Shown: positions 47,560 through 58,037, numbered from the stretch's first letter. The stretch: DNA of 64,000 nt from Candidatus Gemmiger stercoripullorum (GCA_019119365.1 DWXD01000035.1:9271-73270); one strand, 5' to 3'. Notes: generated by a model from the sequence alone, not told the origin. Translations and numbers: made by a program.

Positions 47560-49821
47560 TTGCCCATGATCGCCAGGGTGGCGGTGAACGACGCCACCAT
47601 CCACTTTGATAAGCTTTACTCCTACCGCGTGCCGCCAGAGCTGGAAGCGCAGCTGTGGCCGGGCGGGATCGTGCTGGTGCCGTTTGGCCGCGGCGACGCC
47701 CCGCGCATGGCCGTTGTGCTCGAGACAGGCAGCGAGGACGAACCTTCTCCCAAGCTCAAAAGCGTGCTGGCGGCCGCGCCGGAGGACGCCCGCCTGACGC
47801 CCGATTTGCTCGAGCTCGTCCGTTTTTTGAAGGACCGCTATTTCTGCACCTGGTATGAGGCGGTCAAGGCGGTCATCCCTTACGGCGCGCAGTACCGCCC
47901 CGGCGTCAAGGACGGCAGGCCGGTTGTGCAGAGCCGCCTGACCCGCCCGGTCGAGCAGGTCTACGAGCTGGCGGCCCCCCTGCCGGAAAAACCGAAACCC
48001 GGCCCGCGCCAGAAAATGGCGGCCGACCTGCTGCAGGCGGCCGGGACCCTGACCCGCCGCGAGCTGGAAGAGCAGGGCGTTGCCAAAACGACGCTGGACG
48101 CCTTGTGCAAAAAAGGCGTTCTGCGCGTCAGCGAGCGGTACAAATCGCTCGATTTGTTCGCTTCGATCCCGTTCGACCCGCAGCCGGTGGAGCTTTCCGC
48201 CGAGCAGCAGGCCGCCTATGACCAGCTGGCCGCGGACCTTGCGGCCGGCAGCCCGCGCGCGGCGCTGCTTTACGGCGTCACGGGCAGCGGCAAAACGTCG
48301 GTGTTTGTCAAGCTGATCGAGCGCACGCTGGAACTGGGCCGCCGCGCCCTTGTGCTTGTGCCGGAGATCGGCCTGACGCCGCAGATGATCCGCCGCCTCA
48401 AGTCGATGTTCGGCAGCCGCCTGGCCGTGCAGCATTCGGCCCTCAACAACACCGAGCGCCTTTTGCAGTGGCGGATGATCCAGCGCGGTGACGCCGATAT
48501 CGTCGTCGGCACCCGCAGCGCGGTCTTTGCGCCGCTGCAAAACATCGGGCTCATCATCCTGGATGAAGAACAGGAGCACACCTACCAGAGCGAATCTGCG
48601 CCGCGCTATTCGGCGCACGAGGTCGCCCGCAAGCGCGCCGCGGCCGAAAACGCGCTGCTCGTCTTCGCTTCGGCCACGCCGCGCACCGAAACGACCTTTG
48701 CCGCCCAGAGCGGGCGTATTCGAATGGTGACGCTCAAAAACCGTTACGGCGGCCGCCCGCTGCCCGGCGTCGAGTTTGCCGACATGCGCGCCGAACTCGC
48801 CTCCGGCAACCCGCGCGAGGTCAGCGCCCGCCTGGCCGAGGAGCTGGCCGAAAACCTGCGCCGCGGAGAGCAGAGCATTTTGCTGCTCAACCGCCGCGGC
48901 TACAACACGGTCGCGATGTGCACCGACTGCGGCGAGGTTCTCAAGTGCCCCAACTGCAGCGTGCCGCTCGTCTACCACAAAAACCGCGCGGCGCTTTTGT
49001 GCCACCACTGCGGCCATACGGTGCACCCCGCGCCCGCGCTGTGCCCGGCGTGCGGCGGCAAGCTCGCGTACAGCGGCTTCGGCACTCAGCGCGTGGAGGA
49101 GGAATTGCAGCAGCTGCTGCCCACAGCGCGCATCCTGCGCATGGACCAGGATTCCACCACCCAGAAAAACGCGCACGAACAGATGCTGGCCCGCTTTGCC
49201 AGGCAGGAGTATGACATCCTGCTTGGCACACAGATGGTCGCCAAAGGGCTGGACTTTGAAAAAGTCACGCTCGTCGGCGTTCTTGGCATCGATTCGATGC
49301 TGTTCGGGCAGGGATTCCGCGCGTATGAGAGCGTGTTCAGCCTCATCACCCAGGTCGTCGGCCGCGGCGGCCGCGCCGACCTGCCCGGCCGCGCGCTGAT
49401 CCAGACCGCCGTGCCCGGCCACCCGGTGCTGCAGCTGGCCGCCAGGCAGGATTACGCCGCCTTTTATAAAGAGGAAATCGCGTTCCGCAAACTCTGCCTT
49501 TATCCGCCGTACTGCTCCTTCTGCGTCGTCGGGTTTATCGGCGCGCAGGACGGCGCGGTGTTTACGGCCGCGCACCGCTTCGGCCAGCTGCTCGCGCAGC
49601 AGGCGGCCGCACACCCGGGCCTGCCGCTGCGCATCCTGGGCCCTGCGCCGATGAACATTGCGATGCTCGGCGGAAAATACCGCTACAAGCTCACCCTGAA
49701 ATGCCGCAACGACGCGAAATTCCGTGCGCTGATGCGCGCGGCGCTCGACGCCTACGCCGCCGAAAAGCTGCCTGCCAAAGCCACGGTGACGCTGGATTTC
49801 AATTCGGACGGCGATATTTGA
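47560..49821 (+). CDS. priA: Primosomal protein N'
   Basis: GVTGSGKT, LVPEIGLTPQ, DEEQE, SATP, LNRRGY, two Cys-pair zinc sites, GTQMVAKGLDF, TQVVGRGGR. Confidence 0.96.
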   Translation: MPMIARVAVNDATIHFDKLYSYRVPPELEAQLWPGGIVLVPFGRGDAPRMAVVLETGSEDEPSPKLKSVLAAAPEDARLTPDLLELVRFLKDRYFCTWYEAVKAVIPYGAQYRPGVKDGRPVVQSRLTRPVEQVYELAAPLPEKPKPGPRQKMAADLLQAAGTLTRRELEEQGVAKTTLDALCKKGVLRVSERYKSLDLFASIPFDPQPVELSAEQQAAYDQLAADLAAGSPRAALLYGVTGSGKTSVFVKLIERTLELGRRALVLVPEIGLTPQMIRRLKSMFGSRLAVQHSALNNTERLLQWRMIQRGDADIVVGTRSAVFAPLQNIGLIILDEEQEHTYQSESAPRYSAHEVARKRAAAENALLVFASATPRTETTFAAQSGRIRMVTLKNRYGGRPLPGVEFADMRAELASGNPREVSARLAEELAENLRRGEQSILLLNRRGYNTVAMCTDCGEVLKCPNCSVPLVYHKNRAALLCHHCGHTVHPAPALCPACGGKLAYSGFGTQRVEEELQQLLPTARILRMDQDSTTQKNAHEQMLARFARQEYDILLGTQMVAKGLDFEKVTLVGVLGIDSMLFGQGFRAYESVFSLITQVVGRGGRADLPGRALIQTAVPGHPVLQLAARQDYAAFYKEEIAFRKLCLYPPYCSFCVVGFIGAQDGAVFTAAHRFGQLLAQQAAAHPGLPLRILGPAPMNIAMLGGKYRYKLTLKCRNDAKFRALMRAALDAYAAEKLPAKATVTLDFNSDGDI

Positions 49822-49844
49822 ATCAATTACAGGAGGTTTTTCTT

Positions 49845-50363
49845 ATGGCTCTTCGCACCATTGTACAGGACGGCGACCCGATCCTGAAAAAAGTCTGCCG
49901 CCCCGTCGTCAAGTTTGACGACCGCCTCGGCACGCTGCTCGACGATATGCAGGAAACGCTGCTTGATGCCAACGGCCTCGGCCTTGCCGGGCCGCAGGTC
50001 GGCACGATGCGGCGGCTGTTCATCTGCCTGGATGACCGCGATATGCCCGAAGACGTCCCGGCCGGTTACGAGTATAAATTCATCGAATTCATCAACCCCG
50101 AGATCCTGGAGCGCAGCGAGGAGACGGTCGAACTGTATGAGGGCTGCCTCTCTTTCCCGGGGCATAACGGCGCGGTCACGCGCGCCAAGCATGTCAAGGT
50201 CAAGGCGCAGGACCGCCATGGCGAATGGTTCGAGATGGAAGCCGACGATATGCTCGCCCGCTGCATCCAGCACGAGAACGACCACCTCGACGGCGTTACG
50301 ATCATGGACCGCGCCACCCATTTCTATGAGGACGACTACCCCGAAGGGGAGGACGAAGAATAA
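49845..50363 (+). CDS. def: Peptide deformylase
   Basis: GLGLAGPQVG, EGCLS, QHENDHLDG; RBS AGGAGG. Confidence 0.96.
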   Translation: MALRTIVQDGDPILKKVCRPVVKFDDRLGTLLDDMQETLLDANGLGLAGPQVGTMRRLFICLDDRDMPEDVPAGYEYKFIEFINPEILERSEETVELYEGCLSFPGHNGAVTRAKHVKVKAQDRHGEWFEMEADDMLARCIQHENDHLDGVTIMDRATHFYEDDYPEGEDEE

Positions 50364-51283
50364 TGCGCATCCTGTTTATGGGGACGCCGGACCTTGCGGC
50401 CGAAAGCCTTGGCGCGCTGATCGCCGCCGGGCATGAGATCGTCGGCGTGTTCACCCGCGCCGATAAGCCGGTCGGCCGCAAACAGGTGCTGACCGCCCCG
50501 CCGGTCAAGCAGCTGGCGGGGCAGCACGGCATCCCGGTCTGGCAGCCTGCGACGCTGCGGGACGGCGAAGCGGAAAAAGTGTTCCGCGCCTTGCAGCCGG
50601 ACCTCGTCGTCGTGGTTGCCTATGGCCGTATTCTGCCGCCGGAGCTTTTGCACATCGCGCCGCTGGGCTGCATCAACCTGCATGTCTCGCTGCTGCCCAA
50701 ATACCGCGGCTCGGCCCCGATCCAGTGGGCCGTGCTCAACGGCGACAAAGAGACCGGCGTGACCATCATGCAGCTGGACGAAGGCTGCGACACCGGCGAT
50801 ATCCTTCTGGTCGAACCGGTCGCCATCGGCCCGGAAACGACAAGCGGCGAACTGTTCGACGAGGTCAGCGCCATCGGCGCAAAGACGCTCGTGCGCGCGG
50901 TCGAGCTGCTCGGCGCCGGGCAGCTGCGCCCGCGCCCGCAGGACAGCGCCCTGGCCACCCAGGCCCCGCCGCTGACCAAGGAAATGGCGCGCTTCACATT
51001 TGCCGAACCGGCGGCCCACCTGCACAACTGGGTGCGCGGCATGAACCCCTGGCCGGTCGCCTTCTTTGAGCAGGACGGCAAAAAGATCAAGGTGCTCGCA
51101 AGCCGCACGGCCGAAAACCCGGACCACGCCGCCCCCGGGACCATCCTGTCTCTCAAGCCGCTGACCGTGGCCTGCGCCGAAGGCGCACTGCAGCTGCTGA
51201 CCGTCACGCCGGAAGGCGGCCGCCCGATGGAGGGCACCGCCTGGGCGGCCGGCCGCCGCCTGCATGCGGGGGACAGCTTGTGA
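50363..51283 (+). CDS. fmt: Methionyl-tRNA formyltransferase
   Basis: FMGTPD, VVAYGRIL, NLH.SLLP.YRG.APIQ, GVTIM..D.G.DTG. Confidence 0.96.
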   Translation: MRILFMGTPDLAAESLGALIAAGHEIVGVFTRADKPVGRKQVLTAPPVKQLAGQHGIPVWQPATLRDGEAEKVFRALQPDLVVVVAYGRILPPELLHIAPLGCINLHVSLLPKYRGSAPIQWAVLNGDKETGVTIMQLDEGCDTGDILLVEPVAIGPETTSGELFDEVSAIGAKTLVRAVELLGAGQLRPRPQDSALATQAPPLTKEMARFTFAEPAAHLHNWVRGMNPWPVAFFEQDGKKIKVLASRTAENPDHAAPGTILSLKPLTVACAEGALQLLTVTPEGGRPMEGTAWAAGRRLHAGDSL

Positions 51284-52599
51284 CCGCGCGCTATCTCGCT
51301 GTGCGGGCGCTGCTCCACCAGGAACAGGCCGGATACGCCAACCTTGTGCTGGACGCCGAACTGCGCCGCTGCGCCCCGCCGCTGCCCGCGCGGGAGGCGG
51401 CGTTTGCCGCCCGCATCTTCTATACGGTACTGGAGCGCCAGCATCTGCTTGACTGGATGCTTGGCCGCTACCTCAAAAAGCCGGTCGCGAAACTGGACGC
51501 GCCGGTACGCGCGATCCTGCGCGCCGGGCTGGCGCAGGCCTGCTTTATGGCGGTGCCGCTGCCGGCCGCCGTCAACGAATCGGTCAAGCTGACCCGCGCG
51601 TATGGCAAATCAAGCGCTTCCGGCATGGTCAACGCCGTGCTGCGCCGCGCCGCGGCGCTGAAACCGCAGGCCGCTGATTTTAAGGACCTGCCGGGGCGGC
51701 TGGAGATTTATTACAGCCTTTCCACCCCGGTGGCCGCATTGCTGGCCGGGCAGTACGGGGCGGAGGCGCAGGATATCGCGGCGGCGTTTTACGCCCCGCA
51801 GCCTACCTGGATACGCGTCAACACACTCAAAACAACCGACGCCGCCCTCGCCGAAGCGCTGAGAGGGGAGGGCTGCGAAGTCTCTCCCGGCCCCTGGCCC
51901 CACTGCCTGCGGGTGGGCTTCCCGGCGTCCCCGGCCGCCACCGAAGCCTTTGCGCGCGGCGAGTACCATGTGCAGGGCCTGCCCAGCCAGCTGGCCGCCG
52001 AATGTATCGGCGCGCAGCCGGGCATGCGCGTGCTGGACCTGTGCGCTGCGCCGGGCGGCAAAAGCCTGACCATGGCCGAAGCCATGCGGGACGAGGGCGA
52101 ACTCCTGGCAGGGGAGGCGGTCCCCGCCCGCCTGCCGCTGCTGGAGCAGGCGTTCGCGCGGTGCGGTGTGCGCTGTGCGCGCGCGTTCGGCGGCGATGCC
52201 TCCCGATCGGACCCGGCCCTGGCGGCCCGCCCGTTTGACCGCGTGCTGTGCGATGTGCCGTGCTCCGGCCTCGGCGTGATCGGTAAAAAGCCGGACATCC
52301 GCTATAAGGACCTGGCCGGGCTGGACGATTTGACGGCGCTGCAGGCCGCGATATTGCAAAACGGCGCTTCGTATCTTGCCCCGGGCACCAGGCTCGTCTA
52401 TTCGACCTGCACGATCAACCGCGGTGAAAACGAGGCGGTCGTGCGCGCTTTCCTGGAAAAAGAACCGAACTTTGTTCTTGAAAAACCGGAAATGAGCCTG
52501 CCCGGCGCGCAGGACACCGGTTTCGGCACGCTGTTCCTGCCGCACCGGACCGGTACCGATGGCTTCTTTGTGGCGGTGCTTGCCAAAACCAAAGGCTGA
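51280..52599 (+). CDS. rsmB: 16S rRNA m5C967 methyltransferase RsmB (Sun)
   Basis: NusB-like N-terminus, DLCAAPGGKS, DVPCSGLG, YSTCT. Confidence 0.94.
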   Translation: MTARYLAVRALLHQEQAGYANLVLDAELRRCAPPLPAREAAFAARIFYTVLERQHLLDWMLGRYLKKPVAKLDAPVRAILRAGLAQACFMAVPLPAAVNESVKLTRAYGKSSASGMVNAVLRRAAALKPQAADFKDLPGRLEIYYSLSTPVAALLAGQYGAEAQDIAAAFYAPQPTWIRVNTLKTTDAALAEALRGEGCEVSPGPWPHCLRVGFPASPAATEAFARGEYHVQGLPSQLAAECIGAQPGMRVLDLCAAPGGKSLTMAEAMRDEGELLAGEAVPARLPLLEQAFARCGVRCARAFGGDASRSDPALAARPFDRVLCDVPCSGLGVIGKKPDIRYKDLAGLDDLTALQAAILQNGASYLAPGTRLVYSTCTINRGENEAVVRAFLEKEPNFVLEKPEMSLPGAQDTGFGTLFLPHRTGTDGFFVAVLAKTKG

Positions 52600-52684
52600 A
52601 TTTCGAAAAATTTACATGTTTTCTTTACCAAATTGCAACCCACAGGCTGGATTTTTGTGGTATAGTAAAGAGAGGTGATTTTGG

Positions 52685-53746
52685 ATGGACCCCGTATGCC
52701 TGACAGACCTGACCCTGCCGGAACTGACAGAATACCTGGCACAGCTGGGTCAACCGGCTTTCCGTGCCAAACAGATCTTCAAGTGGGTCCACCAGAAGCT
52801 CATCACCGATCTGGACGCAATGACCGACCAGCCCAAAGCGCTCCTGCAGCAGCTGCATGAACGCTGCACGCTGGCGGCGCCTGCGATCCGCCGCCGCCAG
52901 CAGTCCAAGGACGGCACCGTCAAGTATCTGCTTGAGATGGCGGACGGCAACTGCATTGAAACGGTGCTCATGCGCTACCACTACGGCAACACCGTGTGCG
53001 TGTCCACCCAGGTGGGCTGCGCGATGGGCTGCCGGTTCTGCGCTTCGACCCAGGCGGGCCGCGTGCGCGACTTGACCCCCGGCGAGATCGCCGCCGAAAT
53101 CTATACCGCCCAGCGTGACACCGGCGAGCGCGTCTCCCATATCGTGCTCATGGGCATTGGGGAACCGCTGCACAACTTTGACAATGTGCTCAAGTTCCTC
53201 ACGCTGATCTCCTGCCCGGAAGGCGTCAACATCGGCATGCGCAACATCAGCCTGTCCACCTGCGGCCTTGTGCCCAAAATCGACGAGCTGGCCAGCCACA
53301 AACTGCAGCTGACGCTGTCCATCTCGCTGCACGCGCCGGACAATGCCGTGCGCAGCAGCATGATGCCGGTCAACGATGCATACCCGCTTGAAAAGCTGAT
53401 CCCTGCCTGCCGCCGGTACCAGAAGATCACCGGGCGGCGCATCAGTTTTGAATACTCGATGGTCCGCGGCGTCAACGACTCCCCGGCCATGGCGCGCAAG
53501 CTTGCGGATTTGATCCGCGGTATGGGCGCGCACGTCAATCTCATCCCGATCAACCCGGTGGACGGCAGCCCGTATTCCGCCACCGACGAGGAGAATATCC
53601 GCCGGTTCCGCCAGATGCTTGAAGACCTCGGCGTCAACGCCACTGTGCGCCGCCGTCTCGGCGCGGATATCAGCGCGGCCTGCGGGCAGCTGCGGCGCGA
53701 GGATGCCGCGGCCGCCCGGGAAGAAAAGGAAAGGAAAGATCCATGA
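52685..53746 (+). CDS. rlmN: Dual-specificity RNA methyltransferase RlmN (radical SAM)
   Basis: CVSTQVGCAMGCRFC, MGIGEP, ISLHA, NLIP.NP, ISAACGQL. Confidence 0.96.
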   Translation: MDPVCLTDLTLPELTEYLAQLGQPAFRAKQIFKWVHQKLITDLDAMTDQPKALLQQLHERCTLAAPAIRRRQQSKDGTVKYLLEMADGNCIETVLMRYHYGNTVCVSTQVGCAMGCRFCASTQAGRVRDLTPGEIAAEIYTAQRDTGERVSHIVLMGIGEPLHNFDNVLKFLTLISCPEGVNIGMRNISLSTCGLVPKIDELASHKLQLTLSISLHAPDNAVRSSMMPVNDAYPLEKLIPACRRYQKITGRRISFEYSMVRGVNDSPAMARKLADLIRGMGAHVNLIPINPVDGSPYSATDEENIRRFRQMLEDLGVNATVRRRLGADISAACGQLRREDAAAAREEKERKDP

Positions 53747-54504
53747 AGATCGCAGGTCAAACCGACATCGGAAGCTGCCGGCAGGAAAACCAGGACAATT
53801 TCTGTGCCCGGCAGCTGACGGACGGCTCCGGCTGGGGGGTCGTGTGCGACGGTATGGGCGGGGTCAAGGGCGGCCGTGTGGCTTCCTCCATCGCCACCGC
53901 CAGCCTGATGCAGTATTTTGACCGCCAGCTGCGCACCCTGCGCCATGGCGAGGAAAAGCAGTTCATCCTGCACGGGTTCGACATCACCAACCGCGCCGTG
54001 TACGAGAAAGCGACCTCTGACCCCGAAATGCTCGGCATGGGCACAACCGGCGTCTGTGCGTATGTATTCGGCAATATGGCCCACGTCGTCCATGCGGGCG
54101 ATTCCCGCGCCTATCTCTGGCGGGGCGGCGAAATGACCCAGCTCACGCGGGACCATTCTATGGTCCAGCAGCTGGTGGACAGCGGCCAGATCACGCGGGA
54201 ACAGGCAGCCATGCACCCGCAGAAAAACCTTATCACCCGCGCGCTGGGGGTCTCGTCCTTCATCGTGCCGGAATATAACCGCTGTGAAGTGAAGGCGGGC
54301 GATATCCTGCTGCTGTGCACCGACGGGCTGACCAATATGGTCCCCGACGCCGAGATCGCCCTGATCCTGCAGGAGACCGCATTTTTTGACGCACCCCGCA
54401 TCCTGATCGACCGCGCGCTGCGCGGCGGCGGGCAGGACAACATCACCGTGCTGCTGTTGGGCGTGGAAAGTACCGATCAAACAAGGGAGGACGCAAATGG
54501 ATAA
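53743..54504 (+). CDS. prpC: PP2C-family Ser/Thr phosphatase (Stp/PrpC)
   Basis: TDIG..R..NQD, VCDGMGG, GMGTT, HAGDSRAY, LCTDGLT, GG.DNIT. Confidence 0.92.
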   Translation: MKIAGQTDIGSCRQENQDNFCARQLTDGSGWGVVCDGMGGVKGGRVASSIATASLMQYFDRQLRTLRHGEEKQFILHGFDITNRAVYEKATSDPEMLGMGTTGVCAYVFGNMAHVVHAGDSRAYLWRGGEMTQLTRDHSMVQQLVDSGQITREQAAMHPQKNLITRALGVSSFIVPEYNRCEVKAGDILLLCTDGLTNMVPDAEIALILQETAFFDAPRILIDRALRGGGQDNITVLLLGVESTDQTREDANG

Positions 54505-56419
54505 CCTGATTGGCAAAAAGCTGGACGGCCGCTATCTGATCGAAAGCCTGATCGGCGTGGGCGGCATGGCCAACGTGTATAAAGGCCGCGATGTGCGCAC
54601 CAACAACGCCATTGCGGTCAAGGTGCTCAAGGAAGAATTCCTGGGCAACGAGGAGCTGGTACGCCGCTTCAAGAATGAGTCCAAGGCCATCTCGATCCTC
54701 GACCATCCCAATATCGTCAAGGTCTACGACGTCTCCGTTACCGACCAGCTGCAATATATCGTGATGGAGTATATCGACGGCATCACGCTGAAAGAATACC
54801 TCAAGCAGCGCGGCGGCGCGCTGACCTGGAAAGAGGTCGTGCATTTCGCCACGCAGGTGCTCGGCGCGCTGGACCACGCCCATTCCAAGGGGATCGTCCA
54901 CCGCGACGTCAAGCCGCAGAACATCATGCTGCAGGCCGACGGTTCCATCAAGATGATGGATTTCGGCATCGCCCGCTTCTCCCGCGCGCAGAGCCAGACT
55001 GTCAGCGACAAGGCCATCGGCTCGGTGCATTATATCAGCCCCGAGCAGGCCAAGGGCGACCGCACCGATGCGCGCACCGACATCTACTCGGTCGGCGTCA
55101 TGCTGTACGAAATGCTGTCCGGCAGCCTGCCGTTTGACGGCAGCGGCACGGTGTCCATCGCCATCATGCAGATCTCCGAAAAGCCGAAGCCGCTGGCCCA
55201 GGTGGCGCCGAACGTGCCGGAAGGCCTGCGCCAGATCACCGAGAAGGCGATGGAGAAGGACCCGGCCGACCGCTACCAGAGCGCGGCCGAAATGCTCGAA
55301 GCCATCCAGGCGTTCAAGCAGAACCCCAGCATCCGCTTTGAGTATGAGTATAATACCCAGGATTCTCCCAGCAAGACCATCAACAAGGTTGTCACCAGCA
55401 GCCACAGCGCCACCAAGAGCGGGATCAGCACCCAGCAGGCACGGCGCACCGGCACCATCCCGCCCGTGGGGAAAGGCAAAGGCGTGAAAAAGTCAGCGGC
55501 CCGCCGCGGCGCGGCGGTCAAGGAGCGGCGCTTCTCCGTGCTGCCCATCTTCTTTGGTATGGCGGTGGCCTTTGTCATCGGTGCGGCCATCCTTGTGTAC
55601 CTGATCTTTACCAATTCCAGCAACCCGCTGTTCTCCAACCGCGCCAACGTCCAGCTCATCGACTTTGTCGGCCAGACCGAGGATGAATTCCGCGCTTCCG
55701 ATTATTTCGCCCAGCTCACGCCGGACATCGTCTATGAGTATAACTCAATGTACCCGGAAGGGACCATCTTCCAGCAGACGCCGGCCGCAGGGCGTACCGT
55801 CAAGGAGCGTCAGAAGATCACGCTCAAGGTCAGCCGCGGCACCGAGATTATCAGCCTGCCCGATGTGGCCGGTTATGACCGCGATACCGCCAAGCAGACG
55901 CTGGTTGATCTGGGCGTCTCCGTGTCGACCCGGCGCGAGACAAACGACAGCGTAGCCGAAAACACGGTCATCCGCACCGAACCGGCGGCGGGCAGCCAGG
56001 TCGAAGGCGGCTCCACCGTCACGATGTATGTGGCCAAGCCCACCCGCACGACCACGGCCTATGTGCCCTCGGTCCAGGGGCTTGACGAGGCCTCCGCCCG
56101 CAGCTCGGTCAACGCGGCCAACCTGGTCCCGGCCGTGCGTGAGGTCAGCAGCAGTCTGCCGGAAGGCACCGTCATCAGCCAGAGCCCGTCTGCCGGCGAG
56201 CAGGTCTCGCTGTACAGCGTGGTCGTGCTGCAGGTCTCGAGCGGCGTGCCTTCGGCCACCCCGGCCCCGACCCCGGTCCCGCAGGTCAACGGCGACCCCA
56301 ATACAGTGCTTAAAGAATGGTGGGAGGACCTCGGCAACGGCAACAGCGAGCGCCGCTGGAAGACCGGCGACGGCAACGTTTACGGCGAGCAGAGCGGCTT
56401 CTTGTACCACGAGGGATGA
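54497..56419 (+). CDS. prkC: PASTA-domain Ser/Thr kinase (PknB/PrkC)
   Basis: GVGGMANVY, AVK, HRDVKPQN, DFGIAR, YISPEQ, TM helix, about 3 PASTA-like repeats. Confidence 0.94.
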   Translation: MDNLIGKKLDGRYLIESLIGVGGMANVYKGRDVRTNNAIAVKVLKEEFLGNEELVRRFKNESKAISILDHPNIVKVYDVSVTDQLQYIVMEYIDGITLKEYLKQRGGALTWKEVVHFATQVLGALDHAHSKGIVHRDVKPQNIMLQADGSIKMMDFGIARFSRAQSQTVSDKAIGSVHYISPEQAKGDRTDARTDIYSVGVMLYEMLSGSLPFDGSGTVSIAIMQISEKPKPLAQVAPNVPEGLRQITEKAMEKDPADRYQSAAEMLEAIQAFKQNPSIRFEYEYNTQDSPSKTINKVVTSSHSATKSGISTQQARRTGTIPPVGKGKGVKKSAARRGAAVKERRFSVLPIFFGMAVAFVIGAAILVYLIFTNSSNPLFSNRANVQLIDFVGQTEDEFRASDYFAQLTPDIVYEYNSMYPEGTIFQQTPAAGRTVKERQKITLKVSRGTEIISLPDVAGYDRDTAKQTLVDLGVSVSTRRETNDSVAENTVIRTEPAAGSQVEGGSTVTMYVAKPTRTTTAYVPSVQGLDEASARSSVNAANLVPAVREVSSSLPEGTVISQSPSAGEQVSLYSVVVLQVSSGVPSATPAPTPVPQVNGDPNTVLKEWWEDLGNGNSERRWKTGDGNVYGEQSGFLYHEG

Positions 56420-57279
56420 TGGCGTATATCACAAAGGGCATCGGCGGCTTTTATTATGTGCGCACGGACAGCGGCGTTGTCGAATGCCGTGCCCGCGGGA
56501 TCTTCCGCAAACGCGGCGTCACGCCGGTGGCGGGGGATAACGTGCGCCTTTCGGCGGACGGCACGACCATCGACGAGATCCTGCCGCGCAAAAATGTCTT
56601 TATCCGTCCGCCAGTCGCCAACCTGGACGTGCTGTTCATTGTGGCCAGCACCACCCAGCCGGTGCCCAGCACCCGCATTTTGGACGAACTGACGGCTGCC
56701 GCTGTGTATAAAGACGTGCAGCCGGTGCTCGTCATCACCAAGGCGGACCTGGCGGCCGCCGATCAGCTGGTCGCCTGCTACGCCCAAAGCATGATCCCGA
56801 TCGTGCTGCTGCACTACGATACCGGCGAGGGCCTGGATACGCTGCGCGGCTACATCCGCGGGCATTTGTGCGCGTTTTGCGGCAATTCCGGCGTCGGCAA
56901 ATCGACGCTGCTCAATGCGCTGGACCCCGCCCTGCACCGCGAGACCGGCGGCATCAGCCAGAAGCTCGGTCGCGGCCGCCACACCACCCGTGAAGTCGAG
57001 ATCTTTGAGAGCTGCGGCGGCCGCATTGCGGATACCCCCGGCTTTGCCAGCCTCGAGGCGCAGAAGCTCGCCCGCATCCCCAAGGAAGACCTGCAGCACG
57101 CTTTTCCGGAGTTCGGGCCCTATTTCGGCCGCTGCCGTTTTACCGGCTGCTCGCACCGCAGCGAGACCGGCTGCGCGGTGCGCGCTGCTTTGGCCGAAGG
57201 GAAGATCGCGCCCAGCCGCTATGAAAGTTACCTTGCCATGTATGAGGAAGCCAGCCAACGAAAGGAGTGGGAGCGGTGA
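56416..57279 (+). CDS. rsgA: Ribosome small subunit-dependent GTPase RsgA
   Basis: ITKAD, GNSGVGKSTL, GRHTT, DTPG, C.F..C.H..E.GC; ATG 56416 overlaps the kinase stop. Confidence 0.95.
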   Translation: MMAYITKGIGGFYYVRTDSGVVECRARGIFRKRGVTPVAGDNVRLSADGTTIDEILPRKNVFIRPPVANLDVLFIVASTTQPVPSTRILDELTAAAVYKDVQPVLVITKADLAAADQLVACYAQSMIPIVLLHYDTGEGLDTLRGYIRGHLCAFCGNSGVGKSTLLNALDPALHRETGGISQKLGRGRHTTREVEIFESCGGRIADTPGFASLEAQKLARIPKEDLQHAFPEFGPYFGRCRFTGCSHRSETGCAVRAALAEGKIAPSRYESYLAMYEEASQRKEWER

Positions 57280-57935
57280 CGCCGCTGCAGCAGGCCGCGC
57301 CCGTCCGGGCCGTCGTTCTCTCGGCGGTGCCGGTCAGCGCTTCCATGGCCGCGTATCTGGAACCGGGCGCGTTCATCGTTGCCTGTGACGCAGGCTACCG
57401 CAACGCCGAAACGCTCGGCGTTGTGCCGGACCTGATTGTGGGCGATTTCGATTCCGCGCCCCAGCCCCCCGTGCGGCACGAGCACACCATCGTGCTGCCC
57501 CATGTCAAGGATGATACCGACACCCACTTTGCCGCCCGCTGGCTGTGGCAGCACGGCTGCCGGGAAGTGACCTTCCTCGGCGCGCTGGGCGGCCAACGTT
57601 TTGAACATACGGTCGCCAACCTGCATACGGCGCTGTTTTTGGCCAAAAACGGCGTGCAGGTTCTGCTGGCGGACGAGCGCAGCGAGCTGCGCATCCTCTG
57701 CCCGGGGCAGCCGATGACGCTGGAACGAAAAGGCTGGACCTATCTTTCGCTGTTTCCGCTCGACGGTCCGTTGACCGGCGTCGAAGAGCAGGGGGTGTTT
57801 TACCCGCTGCAGGACGCTGTGCTCACGCCCGATTATCCGCTCGGCGTCAGCAACGAGTTCACGGCCCCGCAGGCTGTGCTCTCCTGCCGCGCCGGTCATG
57901 GGCTGGTCGTCTTGTCCCGCGCAGACACGCTCTAG
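57276..57935 (+). CDS. thiN: Thiamine pyrophosphokinase
   Basis: CDAG, GDFDS, KDDTDT, ALGG.R..H...N, GVSNEF; GTG start overlaps the rsgA stop. Confidence 0.93.
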   Translation: MTPLQQAAPVRAVVLSAVPVSASMAAYLEPGAFIVACDAGYRNAETLGVVPDLIVGDFDSAPQPPVRHEHTIVLPHVKDDTDTHFAARWLWQHGCREVTFLGALGGQRFEHTVANLHTALFLAKNGVQVLLADERSELRILCPGQPMTLERKGWTYLSLFPLDGPLTGVEEQGVFYPLQDAVLTPDYPLGVSNEFTAPQAVLSCRAGHGLVVLSRADTL

Positions 57936-57941
57936 CCGCGG

Positions 57942-57969
57942 AACCGCATACCGCCCGCCTGCATAGTAT
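57942..57969 (+). promoter_or_regulatory. Candidate mother-cell (sigma-K/sigma-E-like) promoter of spoVM
   Basis: aACc-16 nt-CATAgtaT, resembling the B. subtilis sigma-K pattern mACm-N16-CATAnnnT. Confidence 0.4.
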
Positions 57970-58037
57970 GGCACGGTAAGGTTTCCCGGCCGCACGCTTC
58001 AGGGCGTGCCCGGCCCCGCTGAAAGGGAGGTGCCGTT

